Position numbers and translations under genes: made by a program. From Myxococcales bacterium (GTDB taxonomy: Bacteria > Myxococcota_A > UBA9042), in contig JBBISH010000024.1 of NCBI GenBank assembly GCA_037441385.1, positions 1-61,299 on the forward strand: a stretch of DNA of 61,299 bases. Reading direction: 5' to 3'. A model generated the notes under the pieces. The model did not search any database and was not told the DNA's origin. It saw only the letters and a program-made list of their open reading frames with translations. Positions 50,806 to 59,933 of the stretch are shown piece by piece (position 1 is the stretch's first letter; every line of letters begins with the position of its first letter).

Positions 50806-52911
50806 CTAGCGCGCTGCCGGCAACCGGTCGGTGCTTGGTCCGCCAGGAGCGGCCGGGGGCGGAGTGGGGGCTGCCGGAGCCGCCGGAGCGGCCGGAGCGG
50901 CCGGATCAGCCGGAGTGCCCTTGGGCTTGACCAGCAGGTAGCCGGCCATTTCCAAGTGCAGGGCCGAGCAGAACTCGGTGCAGTAGAACGGGAACACGCC
51001 GGCGTGGTCGGCCTTGAAGGTCACGTTCTCGTGCTTGCCGGGCTCCAGCGACAGGTTGATGCCGTGCATGTTGATGGTGAAGCCGTGGGTCTGGTCTTCG
51101 CTCTGCTCCAGGCTGGTGATGTGCAGGTGCACGGTGTCGCCTTCGTCGACGACGATCTGGTCCGGCGTGAAGTGGCTGCGGATGGCGGTCATGTAGACGT
51201 GCCAGCCGTCTTCCTTCTTCTCGATGCGCTCTTTGCCCGACTCGACCGCATCCGGGTCCTTCTTGCCGGTGTAGATGTTGGTGCCAGGGGCGTACATCTT
51301 GATCGGCTTCAACTTATCGGCCTTGATCATCTGGCTGTAGTGCGGCTCGCCGATGCCGATGGGGGCGTCGACCAGGATGCGCATCTTGTCGCCGGTGTTG
51401 TCGATCAGCTGGAAGTTCTGCGGGTACAGCGGGCCCACCGGGTTGAAGCGGTCGATGGCCATCTTGTTCATGGCGACCACGTACTTGCCGTCGGGGCTCA
51501 CGGTGTCGCCCTCGGCCGCCATGATGTGGCCGATGTTGTAGTGCACGGGCAGCTTGTCCACCACCTTCATGGTCTTCATGTCCCACTTGGCGACGACCGA
51601 CTCCAGGAACACGCTGGTGTAGGCAAAGCCCTTGTTGTCAAAGACAGTGTGCAGCGGGCCCAGACCGATCTCGACCTGGCCGGCGATGGCGTCTTTGAAC
51701 GCGAGGATCGGGATGCCGTAGGCGTCTTTGCCTTCGTACTTCTTGCCGTCGATGAGTGCCTTGATCTTGGCAAAATCGTAGACGGTGCCGTGGGTATCGA
51801 GCTTGCCGCCCACCACGATCTGCTTGCCGTCCGGGGTCACGTCGCAGCCGTGCGGGCTCTTGGGCTCGCCGACCAGGGTCAGCACGCCCTCTTCCGCCGC
51901 CACGTTCATGCGCAGGACCTTGACGCCCTCGACCATCTCGAACTTGCCGGCCTTGACGAGCTCTTCGGCCTTCTTCCAGTTCATGATGTGCAGGTAGTCC
52001 ATGTCGTTTTGCGACGCGCCCGCTTCGATCGGCGGCTTCTTGTCCAGGGTGCCGCCGGTCGCCATCTCGGTGTTGAACGAGTTGACAAAGGCCCAGCCAT
52101 CCGAGTCCAACTTGCCGGCGTCAGCCAGATCCTGCGTGTAGGGCGGCAGCTCGATGCCCCACGAGTTGGCGACGTCGATGCGGCCCTTCTCGCGGTCAAA
52201 CTTCCAGTACATGGCCAGACCGCGGTACTTCTCTTTGTAGTCCGACAGCGGCGCGTACTTGCGGCCAAACGGCACCGGGTACTGGCTGGTCTCGATCACG
52301 TAGTTGGTGTTGGGATCGACAAAAGCGCCGCCGTGGTCACTGCCGACGATCGGGTTGGTGACGATCTGCTTGGTGTTGAAGTCCTCCAGGTCGACCACCG
52401 CGACGCGACCGTTGGATTTGTCGTTGACGAACAGGAACTTGCCGTCGTAGTCGCCCTTGGTTTCCGACAGGTTCGGGTGGTGGACGTCGCCCCAATTGAG
52501 CTGACGACCATTTTGCGCACCCGCGGCCAGGATCGCGTCCGAGGTGCCGCCGTAGCCGTAGCCCTGCCAGGGCTCGGGCGCGAACACGCCGATGACCTTC
52601 AAGAGGCGCATCGACGGCACGCCCATCACCAGCACCTGGCCGCCGTGGCCGCCCGAGGCGAAGATCAGGTAGTCGTCGCGCTTGCCGGTGGGGACATAGG
52701 TCTCCAAGGCGCCCTGCACGTCCGCTTCGGTCAGGCCGCGCGCGGCCATCAAGTCCTTGATCGAGCTGCTGGCGCCCGCGGTAGCCGCGCCTCCCGCAGC
52801 GGGTGCCGCCGGGGCAGCGCCCGGCTTGGGTGGCGGCTGGCAACCCAGCATAGCCAGCGAGGCGAGTGCGGCGCCCCAGCGAATCGACAGTCTGTCGGCA
52901 GTAAATCTCAT
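50806..52911 (-). CDS. nosZ: Nitrous oxide reductase, clade II (Sec/lipoprotein signal)
   Basis: SGGHGGQ, WGDVHHP, DHGG, SPHG.D, GPLH, HYNIGH, EPH; CuA site HGF..CTEFCSALHLEM; no twin-Arg signal, lipobox MLGC. Confidence 0.97.
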   Translation of the reverse strand: MRFTADRLSIRWGAALASLAMLGCQPPPKPGAAPAAPAAGGAATAGASSSIKDLMAARGLTEADVQGALETYVPTGKRDDYLIFASGGHGGQVLVMGVPSMRLLKVIGVFAPEPWQGYGYGGTSDAILAAGAQNGRQLNWGDVHHPNLSETKGDYDGKFLFVNDKSNGRVAVVDLEDFNTKQIVTNPIVGSDHGGAFVDPNTNYVIETSQYPVPFGRKYAPLSDYKEKYRGLAMYWKFDREKGRIDVANSWGIELPPYTQDLADAGKLDSDGWAFVNSFNTEMATGGTLDKKPPIEAGASQNDMDYLHIMNWKKAEELVKAGKFEMVEGVKVLRMNVAAEEGVLTLVGEPKSPHGCDVTPDGKQIVVGGKLDTHGTVYDFAKIKALIDGKKYEGKDAYGIPILAFKDAIAGQVEIGLGPLHTVFDNKGFAYTSVFLESVVAKWDMKTMKVVDKLPVHYNIGHIMAAEGDTVSPDGKYVVAMNKMAIDRFNPVGPLYPQNFQLIDNTGDKMRILVDAPIGIGEPHYSQMIKADKLKPIKMYAPGTNIYTGKKDPDAVESGKERIEKKEDGWHVYMTAIRSHFTPDQIVVDEGDTVHLHITSLEQSEDQTHGFTINMHGINLSLEPGKHENVTFKADHAGVFPFYCTEFCSALHLEMAGYLLVKPKGTPADPAAPAAPAAPAAPTPPPAAPGGPSTDRLPAAR

Positions 52912-53104
52912 AACTTCCCTCGCATGCGGCGCACAGCACCGCGGTGCCCGAGCCCAGGCTGCCGCTTGGCAGCGCTCACGAGCGACGCTCCCCCCGGGGC
53001 GTGGCTACGCGACAAGAATATCCGCGGGCCCGGTGGCTGTCTACCATAAAACGATAAATTTGTCAGTTGTGTGCCACGGCAAAGACGCGCAAGTGAGCCT
53101 GACG

Positions 53105-53118
53105 TTGACCTAGATCAT
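53105..53118. promoter_or_regulatory. FNR/DNR-type box TTGAC-CTAG-ATCAT
   Basis: 8/10 match to TTGAT-N4-ATCAA, upstream of nosZ. Confidence 0.6.
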
Positions 53119-53189
53119 TTCCGCATTTTGACTACACTATTCTCCATGACGCAAGGGACGACGACCAGCAGCACTGCTTGGACATGGAG

Positions 53190-53203
53190 TTGATGATCAT
53201 CAA
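53190..53203. promoter_or_regulatory. Perfect FNR/DNR-type box TTGAT-GATC-ATCAA
   Basis: 10/10 consensus and a full 14-bp palindrome in the AT-rich nosZ upstream region. Confidence 0.8.
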
Positions 53204-53325
53204 TTTACGGAATTATAGATAGCCTGTGCGGCGGCCGCGGCCATCGCGGCTGGCGGGCGGTGGGTGCATTTCGCGGCTGTTGTCGCTACCCTTGGGCGAG
53301 CGCCGGGCGGCGCGGCAGGTGCGCG

Positions 53326-54162
53326 ATGCGAACGTGGATCGGCCGGTGGGTCGCGGTCGGCCAGTTGGTTCTGGTGGGCCTGTCCAGCGCCTGCGGCAGT
53401 ACTGGCCATGCGACCACGGCGGCCGCAGACACCGCAGGGTACGGCGACGCGCTTGCCGCAAGCGACGGCGTGGCCAGCGATACGCAAACCGGCCCCGACG
53501 CCCCGCAAACCAGCGACACGACGACCACCGATGCCGCGGCTGGCGACAAAACGACCCCTTGGGGCCCGATCAGCGGCGCCTGCGGCAACTTGGCCGGCGA
53601 GTGGACCAGCAGCAAGCCCAGCTTCCTGGTCAACACGTGGAAATTCAACAACCCGGGCCCCTTTGACCCCAAGCCGCTGCGCAGCGGCGCCCAGGCGCGC
53701 TACAGCGGTCCAAACGCGGGCGGATCGTCCAAGTGCTCCGAAGTCATGAGCATGCAGCTGCTGTACGAGTGCGAGGGCGCGACCACGCTCAAGACCGAGG
53801 TCGAGATCCAGTACAGCCAGGCGGGGGCCATCACCGATTGGCTCGCCCTGGTCGCCGGTCACAAGATCGGCGTGTCGGTTACGCGGGCGTACAAGGGTCC
53901 AACCATCCAGACCTACACGGAAAGTGATGCGACTGCCCTGCTCACCAAGAAGCTGACCGGCGTGCTGGAGTCCACCGCCAACGTCGCGGCGGCCGACAAG
54001 TGGCAAAAGCAGGTCGTGCACATCTGGACGCTGCACGCCGATTGGGTTCCAGTGCTCCAGGCGGCTTGGCAAAAGCTAGACGACGCCACCAAGAGCGACA
54101 CGATCGTGCTGGTGACTGTGGAAGCGGGCAGCACGGACGTGACGGCCGACACCTGCCAATAG
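53326..54162 (+). CDS. Lipoprotein with a conserved C-terminal domain resembling Dictyostelium AAC4-like proteins
   Basis: Lipobox SSAC, Thr/Asp linker, NAGGSS..SE..S, KTE.EI.Y, ITD, GVSVTRA. Family call is from recall. Confidence 0.6.
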   Translation: MRTWIGRWVAVGQLVLVGLSSACGSTGHATTAAADTAGYGDALAASDGVASDTQTGPDAPQTSDTTTTDAAAGDKTTPWGPISGACGNLAGEWTSSKPSFLVNTWKFNNPGPFDPKPLRSGAQARYSGPNAGGSSKCSEVMSMQLLYECEGATTLKTEVEIQYSQAGAITDWLALVAGHKIGVSVTRAYKGPTIQTYTESDATALLTKKLTGVLESTANVAAADKWQKQVVHIWTLHADWVPVLQAAWQKLDDATKSDTIVLVTVEAGSTDVTADTCQ

Positions 54163-54219
54163 CGCAGCGCGCAAAGTCCGGCGATCACGCCGCCGGCATG
54201 GAACAAGAAAGGAGCTAGG

Positions 54220-54723
54220 ATGCGGATTTACGTCATGCGCCACGGCATCGCCGTCGAGCCCGGCGACCCGACTGCCCCCGCGACCGACGAAGAGCGGGCG
54301 CTGACCCACGACGGCATCGAGCGGGCGCGCTTGGCCTTCCATGGCATGGTGGCGATGGGGGTGGTGGTCGACCGCATCGTGGCCAGCCCGCTGCTGCGCT
54401 GCACGCAAACCGCTGAACTTGCTGCCGAAATTTTGGGCGTGCCGCGGTTCTCGGTCGAGACGCACCCTGGCCTGCGCCCCGACGGCGACTTTGGCGAGAT
54501 GCTGGTGAGCCTGCGCCGGCTGCCCGACGACGGGGTGCTGCTGGTGGGCCACTCGCCCAGCGTGGACCTGATCGTCGCCCGCCTGCTGGGCGTACCGGCC
54601 CCAGTCACTGCCTTGAAGAAGGCGGGCATGGCGGTGCTGACGGGCAAATCGGGTCAAGAAAACTGCCGACTTGTGGCCATGCTGGAGCCAAAGTTACTGC
54701 GCCGGCTTGGGCGGTCGGAGTGA
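54220..54723 (+). CDS. sixA: Phosphohistidine phosphatase
   Basis: MRHG.A, R.LT..G, SP..R..QTA, LVGH.P. Confidence 0.88.
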   Translation: MRIYVMRHGIAVEPGDPTAPATDEERALTHDGIERARLAFHGMVAMGVVVDRIVASPLLRCTQTAELAAEILGVPRFSVETHPGLRPDGDFGEMLVSLRRLPDDGVLLVGHSPSVDLIVARLLGVPAPVTALKKAGMAVLTGKSGQENCRLVAMLEPKLLRRLGRSE

Positions 54724-55554
54724 TCCCATGAAGTTGTCGCCACCGGCCGGCACGTCGACGACGTGCAAGTCGTGCAGGCGCAAGGCGCTCAGGGTGTTGC
54801 CCCACACGCACCCCGAGTCGGTCGAAGCCCAGTTGCGGCCGCGTCGGACGCCAAGGGCCGCCCAATGACCAAAAATCACGAAATGATCCGAGGATCTGCG
54901 CCCTGTCACCTCGTACCAGGGCGTGCAACCCCTGGGCGCGGTCTCGGGCGTGCCCGCAAAGTCGAATTGCGGCCTTCCGTCGGCCCGCACGCAGCGGAGC
55001 CGGGTGAGAACCGCCATCATCTCGGCCATGTCGCGCAGATCGCTGGCCACGGGTACCGTGCCGTCCAGCAGGGCGCGCAACAGCTGCGGCCGCTCGGGCC
55101 CGGTCAAAACCTGCGAAATCGCCTGGGCTTGCTGCAGCAGTGCGGGCGCGGGCCAGTGCGGCAAGAGCCCGGCGTGAACCAGCAGCGCCGGCAGTCCGTG
55201 GACCGGGGCGAGCGCCGCCGCCAGGGGTTGCCGCGCCAGCCACTGGAGCAACTGAGCCAGGTCGGGCGCAGCCAAGAGTTCGTCAAGAGTATCACGGCGT
55301 TTTGGCCCAGCCAGCCCCTCGGCGCGCGTGAGCAGGTGCAGGTCGTGGTTGCCCAGGACGGCGCGCACACGGCCCGGATGGCGGTGCTCGCAGTCCACGG
55401 CCCAGCGCAGCACACCCAGCGAGTCCGGACCGCGGTTGACCAAATCGCCCGCCAGCCACAACTCGTCGCGGAGCGGATCGAAGGCAATGGCCTCGATGAG
55501 GCGCAGCAGCGCGTCGCAACAGCCCTGCACGTCGCCGATCACCCAGGTCGCCAT
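54694..55554 (-). CDS. apaH: Symmetrical bis(5'-nucleosyl)-tetraphosphatase
   Basis: IGDVQGC, GDLVNRGPDS, GNHDLHLL, VHAG, FGHWAALG, DSGCVWG. Confidence 0.94.
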   Translation of the reverse strand: MATWVIGDVQGCCDALLRLIEAIAFDPLRDELWLAGDLVNRGPDSLGVLRWAVDCEHRHPGRVRAVLGNHDLHLLTRAEGLAGPKRRDTLDELLAAPDLAQLLQWLARQPLAAALAPVHGLPALLVHAGLLPHWPAPALLQQAQAISQVLTGPERPQLLRALLDGTVPVASDLRDMAEMMAVLTRLRCVRADGRPQFDFAGTPETAPRGCTPWYEVTGRRSSDHFVIFGHWAALGVRRGRNWASTDSGCVWGNTLSALRLHDLHVVDVPAGGDNFMGSLRPPKPAQ

Positions 55555-55640
55555 CGCACCTCCCGGCCGCCCGCGCGCTGGGGCGCCGCGGTCCGCATGT
55601 GTAGCGCGCCGCACCCTTCCCTGTCCACGAGGTCGCTGCC

Positions 55641-57149
55641 ATGAATGCTTCCACCGCCGCCGCCGGGCACAGTCTGGCCGCCGTTGACCTGGGCTCCAAC
55701 TCGTTCCACCTGGTGATCGCGCGCGTCTTGGGCGGCGAGCTGAGCGTGGTCGACCGCTTGCGCGAGTCGGTGCGCCTGGCCGGCGGGCTGGGTCCCGGTG
55801 ATCGCTTGAACGACGAGACCCTGGAACGCGCCGTGGCCGCCCTGGGCATCTTTGGCCAGCGCATCGGTCACATGCCGGCCGGCTCGGTGCGCGCGGTGGG
55901 GACGAGCACGCTGCGCAAAGCCAGCAATGTCGGCGAGTTGCTTGAGCGTGCCCGCACGGCGCTGGGCCACCCGATCGAGGTCGTGTCCGGCCGCGAAGAA
56001 GCGCGCCTCATCTACTTGGGCGTGGCGCACAGCATCGCCGACCACCCCGGGCGGCGCCTGGTGATCGACATCGGCGGCGGGTCGACCGAGTGCATCATCG
56101 GCGAACGCTTCGAGCCGCTGCTGGCCGACAGCCTGGACATGGGCTGTGTGCGCTATACGGCTCAGTTTTTTGCCGATGGCGAACTGAGCAAGAACGCTTT
56201 TTTGCAGGCAGAAACGGCGGCAGGCCTGGAACTGCAGCCGATCGAACGGCGCTACCGGCGCATCGGCTGGGAGCATGCGGTCGGCTCGTCGGGCACGGTC
56301 GAGTCGATCGCCGCAGTGCTGCACGAGTCGGGCTGGAGCCGCGGCGGCATTACCCCGAGTGGCCTGGACAAGCTGAAGAAAGCCCTGCTGCAGGCCGGCA
56401 AGGTGGCGCGTGTGCAGCTGCCGGGGTTGCGACCCGATCGCGCCGCGGTGCTGGCCGCAGGGGTGGCGATCCTGGCGGCGGCGTTCGAAGCGCTGCACAT
56501 CCAGCGCATGGTGGTGAGCGAAGGGGCGATGCGCGAAGGCGTGCTGTACGATCTGCTGGGCCGTATCCGCCACGAGGACATGCGCGATCGCACGATTGCC
56601 GCAATGGGCGAGCGGTGGCACGTGGACATGGAGCAGGCGGGCCGGGTCGAGCGAACGGCGCTGTCGCTGTGGAAGCACGCGCAACGCCCGTGGGATCTGG
56701 ACGGCGACGGGCCGCGGCAAGTGCTGGCCTGGGCGGCGCGCCTGCACGAAGTGGGGCTGACCGTGGCCTACAGCGGCTACCACAAGCACGGCGCCTACTT
56801 GGTGGCCGAAAGCGACATGGCCGGCTTCTCGCGCGACGAGCAACGAGCGGTGGCCGAACTGATCCGCGGACATCGCCGCAAGCTGCCGCCCAGCTTCAAG
56901 CAGCGCCAGGGCCAGGCGGCCGAGATGTCGCTGCGCCTGACGGTCCTGTTGCGCCTGGCGGTGCTGCTCGAGCGCGCTCGCTCGAGCAAGCCGTTGCCGG
57001 CGCTGGGGGTCGAGTGCGCCAAGCAGGGGCTGGTACTCAAGGTTCCGCAGCGATGGCTCGACGAGCACCCGCTGACCTTTGCCGACCTGCAGCGCGAGCG
57101 CGAGGACCTGGCCGAGGTGGGATTCGATCTGCAAGTCCGTAGCAAGTAG
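55641..57149 (+). CDS. ppx: Exopolyphosphatase Ppx/GppA
   Basis: DLGSNSFH, SGREEARLIY.GV, DIGGGSTE, MREG, C-terminal LHEVG domain. Confidence 0.93.
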   Translation: MNASTAAAGHSLAAVDLGSNSFHLVIARVLGGELSVVDRLRESVRLAGGLGPGDRLNDETLERAVAALGIFGQRIGHMPAGSVRAVGTSTLRKASNVGELLERARTALGHPIEVVSGREEARLIYLGVAHSIADHPGRRLVIDIGGGSTECIIGERFEPLLADSLDMGCVRYTAQFFADGELSKNAFLQAETAAGLELQPIERRYRRIGWEHAVGSSGTVESIAAVLHESGWSRGGITPSGLDKLKKALLQAGKVARVQLPGLRPDRAAVLAAGVAILAAAFEALHIQRMVVSEGAMREGVLYDLLGRIRHEDMRDRTIAAMGERWHVDMEQAGRVERTALSLWKHAQRPWDLDGDGPRQVLAWAARLHEVGLTVAYSGYHKHGAYLVAESDMAGFSRDEQRAVAELIRGHRRKLPPSFKQRQGQAAEMSLRLTVLLRLAVLLERARSSKPLPALGVECAKQGLVLKVPQRWLDEHPLTFADLQREREDLAEVGFDLQVRSK

Positions 57150-57427
57150 GACTTTTTGTCGTAGCACACGCTCCACTGCGGAGCCTTCGGTCGGCAGTTG
57201 CTCCCTCCGGTCGCGCCACGCCGATCCCGCAGGAACGTTCGGCTTGGGTCCGTGTACCGCTGGCGCCGCCCGGACGAACGGCTCCGTGGCCGCGGGCAGT
57301 TGGGCGTGGGCCCGCTGGACAGTCGGCCGCGAACGCCCTAGTCTGCCGCGGGTGGGGTGTGCAGCCCCTGCGCGCGATTTTGTGCGATCCTGCCCTTGCA
57401 TCGGCATCTTGCGCAGGTGTGCCAACG

Positions 57428-58402
57428 ATGAACGACAACCAGAACCACGACGACACGATCTTGGCCCTAGACGGGTTGGCAAAGACCTTTCGCGTGGGCT
57501 TTTGGGGGCGCCCCGTGCACGCGCTGCGCGGAGTCAGCCTGAGTATGCGCCGCGGCGAATCGCTGGGCTATCTGGGCCCCAACGGCAGCGGCAAGACCAC
57601 CTCGATCAAATGCATCGTGGGCCTGATCCAGGCCAGCGCCGGCAAGGTCAGCCTGTTTGGCGGCGACCCCGGCGAGGCGCAGCGCCGGGCGCGCGTGGGT
57701 TATCTCCCCGAATCACCTTACTTTTACGACTACCTGACCCCAGTCGAAGTGCTGGAGTACGTGGGCAAGCTCTACGGCATGAGCGCCCGCGACCGCAGCC
57801 AGCGCGGCCACAAGCTGCTCGGCCAGGTGGGGCTGGACCACGCGGCCAAGCGGCCGTTGCGCGGCTTTTCCAAGGGCATGTTGCAGCGCATTGGCATTGC
57901 CCAAAGCCTGCTGGCCGATCCCGACCTGCTGATTTGGGATGAGCCACTGTCGGGCTTGGACCCGATGGGACGCAAGGAAGTCCGCGATCTCATGGCGTCG
58001 CTGCGCGCCGAGGGCAAGTCGCTGTTCTTCTCGTCCCACGTGCTCAGCGACATCGAGACCCTGTGCGACGCGGTCTGCATCCTGGATCGCGGCGAGGCGG
58101 TGGCGCAGGGACGGCTCAGCGAGCTACTGCGGACCGAGGAACTGGAGAGCGAAGTCCTGGTCGACTTGCCGAGCGGCGACGGCCGGGCGGCGGTGCTGGC
58201 CAGCTTGGCGGCCCTGCCCGGGATTCGTTTGACCGACCTGGCCAGCGGCCTGCGGCTGATGCTGCCCTCGGCGCAGGTTCCTGCGATGATGCGCCTGCTG
58301 CTAGAGGCCGGTGGCACGGTACGCGAGCTGTCGCAACGGCGCGACTCGCTAGAAGAGCTGTTCTTGCGCAAGGCGGTGCGGCAGGGCGAGGACGCAGCAT
58401 GA
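57428..58402 (+). CDS. ABC transporter ATP-binding protein (PilH-like)
   Basis: GPNGSGKTT, GYLPE.PYFY.YLT, FSKGM.QR, DEP.SGLDP. Confidence 0.9.
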   Translation: MNDNQNHDDTILALDGLAKTFRVGFWGRPVHALRGVSLSMRRGESLGYLGPNGSGKTTSIKCIVGLIQASAGKVSLFGGDPGEAQRRARVGYLPESPYFYDYLTPVEVLEYVGKLYGMSARDRSQRGHKLLGQVGLDHAAKRPLRGFSKGMLQRIGIAQSLLADPDLLIWDEPLSGLDPMGRKEVRDLMASLRAEGKSLFFSSHVLSDIETLCDAVCILDRGEAVAQGRLSELLRTEELESEVLVDLPSGDGRAAVLASLAALPGIRLTDLASGLRLMLPSAQVPAMMRLLLEAGGTVRELSQRRDSLEELFLRKAVRQGEDAA

Positions 58403-59244
58403 GCACAGTGACGACCAAAAGCGGACTGCAATTGCGGACCTCGGGCCCGCTGGCCGCGCTAGGCCGCATTCAGGCGGTGGTGGGCAACACCCTGCGCGAA
58501 GCGGGCCGGGCCAAGCTGTTCTATGGTCTGCTGGGCGCGGCGGTGATGCTGCTGGGATTTTCGCTGGTGCTGAGCGATCTGGCGCTGGTGGACCAAAAAG
58601 CCCGGCTGGTGCAAAGCTTTGGCATGGCGGTGGTGCCGCTGGTGTGCGTGGGCACGGCGATCTTGATGGGCGCGCTGCTACTGCACAAAGAGATCGACAA
58701 GAAGACGCTGTACGCCATCTTGCCCAAACCGATCGCCCGCGGCGAGTTCATTGCCGGCAAGCTAATCGGCCTGTGCGCGCTGCTGGTGTTCGAGCTGGCG
58801 GCACTCGCGCTGGTGTGGTGGGCGGTGCTGGTGCTGCGCGGCGGCCACATGACGGGCGCGATCGTGCGCGGCTTGGGCTTGCACGCGGTTGAACTGGTGC
58901 TGGTGACCTCGATCGCGGTGTTCTTTTCAGCACTTACTCGTCCTGTCCTGTCGGGCCTGCTCACGGCCGGCGTGTTCGTGGTGGGCCGCGTCACCTACGT
59001 GATCACCGACTTGTTGGCCGCGCGCAAAGGCCTGTTTGTCGAGGTGCCGGCGATGCGCGCCGTGGGCAAAGCCCTGGTCGTGGCGATCCCGGACCTGTCG
59101 ACCTTTGCGGTGGCGGACCCGATCCTGCAGGGCTGGGAGGTGCCGTGGAGCTACTGCGTGTCGGCCAGCCTGTACGGGCTGTGCTGGGCGCTGGCCTTTG
59201 CGGTGGGCGCGGTGCTGCTGTTCCAGCGGCGAGATTTTACCTGA
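58399..59244 (+). CDS. ABC-2 permease (PilI-like)
   Basis: ATGA overlap; NT.REA.R, KEIDKKTLY.IL.KPI.R..FI.GK, F.RRDF. Confidence 0.85.
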   Translation: MSTVTTKSGLQLRTSGPLAALGRIQAVVGNTLREAGRAKLFYGLLGAAVMLLGFSLVLSDLALVDQKARLVQSFGMAVVPLVCVGTAILMGALLLHKEIDKKTLYAILPKPIARGEFIAGKLIGLCALLVFELAALALVWWAVLVLRGGHMTGAIVRGLGLHAVELVLVTSIAVFFSALTRPVLSGLLTAGVFVVGRVTYVITDLLAARKGLFVEVPAMRAVGKALVVAIPDLSTFAVADPILQGWEVPWSYCVSASLYGLCWALAFAVGAVLLFQRRDFT

Positions 59245-59907
59245 ATGGTGGCGCGGTTGCGTGCTCTACGCTGGCCCGTGCTGGCGGTGACCGTGGTGCT
59301 GACCTCGCTGGCCGTCCGCGCCACGCACGAGCAGCGGCAGGCCTATGCCCGCGCGGTGGCCCTGGAACAGTCGGGCGACCTGCGGCGCGCCGCTGACGAA
59401 TACCGTTGGGCGCTGCGCTGGTACACGCCCTGGGGTCCCGATCACGACCGCGCGGCCCAGGCGCTGCTGCAGCTGGGCACCCAGGCCGCTGCCCGCGACC
59501 CGGAGTTGGCGGTACAAGCCTTGGACAACCTGCGCTCGGGGCTGATTGCCGGGCGTTCGCTGTGGCAACCGCGGGCCGATTTGGTCGAGCGCTGCAACCA
59601 GACCCTGCCCGGCTTGCTGGTCCAAGTCGCGCAGCAGCGCGGCGATCGGCGCGATCCGGCCAAGCTGCTGGCGCAGTTTACCGCCGATTATCAGCGGCCG
59701 ATCGGGGTAGGTAGCGGCATTTCGCTTGCCGTGTCGCTTGGGTTCCTGCTATGGCTGGGCGGCTTGGTAGGGACGGCGCGCCGGGGTTGGAACGCCGCCG
59801 GGCACTGGCAATCGGCAGGCTGGAAGTGGCTCGCGGCTGCGGCCGTGGGTTTCGCACTCTGGGCGGGCGCACTCTGGGCCGCTGCACCGTGGGCAAGCCC
59901 GCTCTGA
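59245..59907 (+). CDS. Hypothetical membrane protein
   Basis: Abuts the permease; N-terminal TM, helical core, two C-terminal TMs. Confidence 0.65.
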   Translation: MVARLRALRWPVLAVTVVLTSLAVRATHEQRQAYARAVALEQSGDLRRAADEYRWALRWYTPWGPDHDRAAQALLQLGTQAAARDPELAVQALDNLRSGLIAGRSLWQPRADLVERCNQTLPGLLVQVAQQRGDRRDPAKLLAQFTADYQRPIGVGSGISLAVSLGFLLWLGGLVGTARRGWNAAGHWQSAGWKWLAAAAVGFALWAGALWAAAPWASPL

Positions 59908-59933
59908 GCCGAAGCGAATAACTGGGGTAGATC

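Noticed and set aside
53062..53077. Sigma-54 promoter for nosZ (TGGCAC on the minus strand)
   Set aside because: The -12 element reads AC rather than the conserved GC.
57149..57157. GGACTTTTT, reverse complement of the array end motif
   Set aside because: No CCTG hexamer array adjoins it, and the match is too short.
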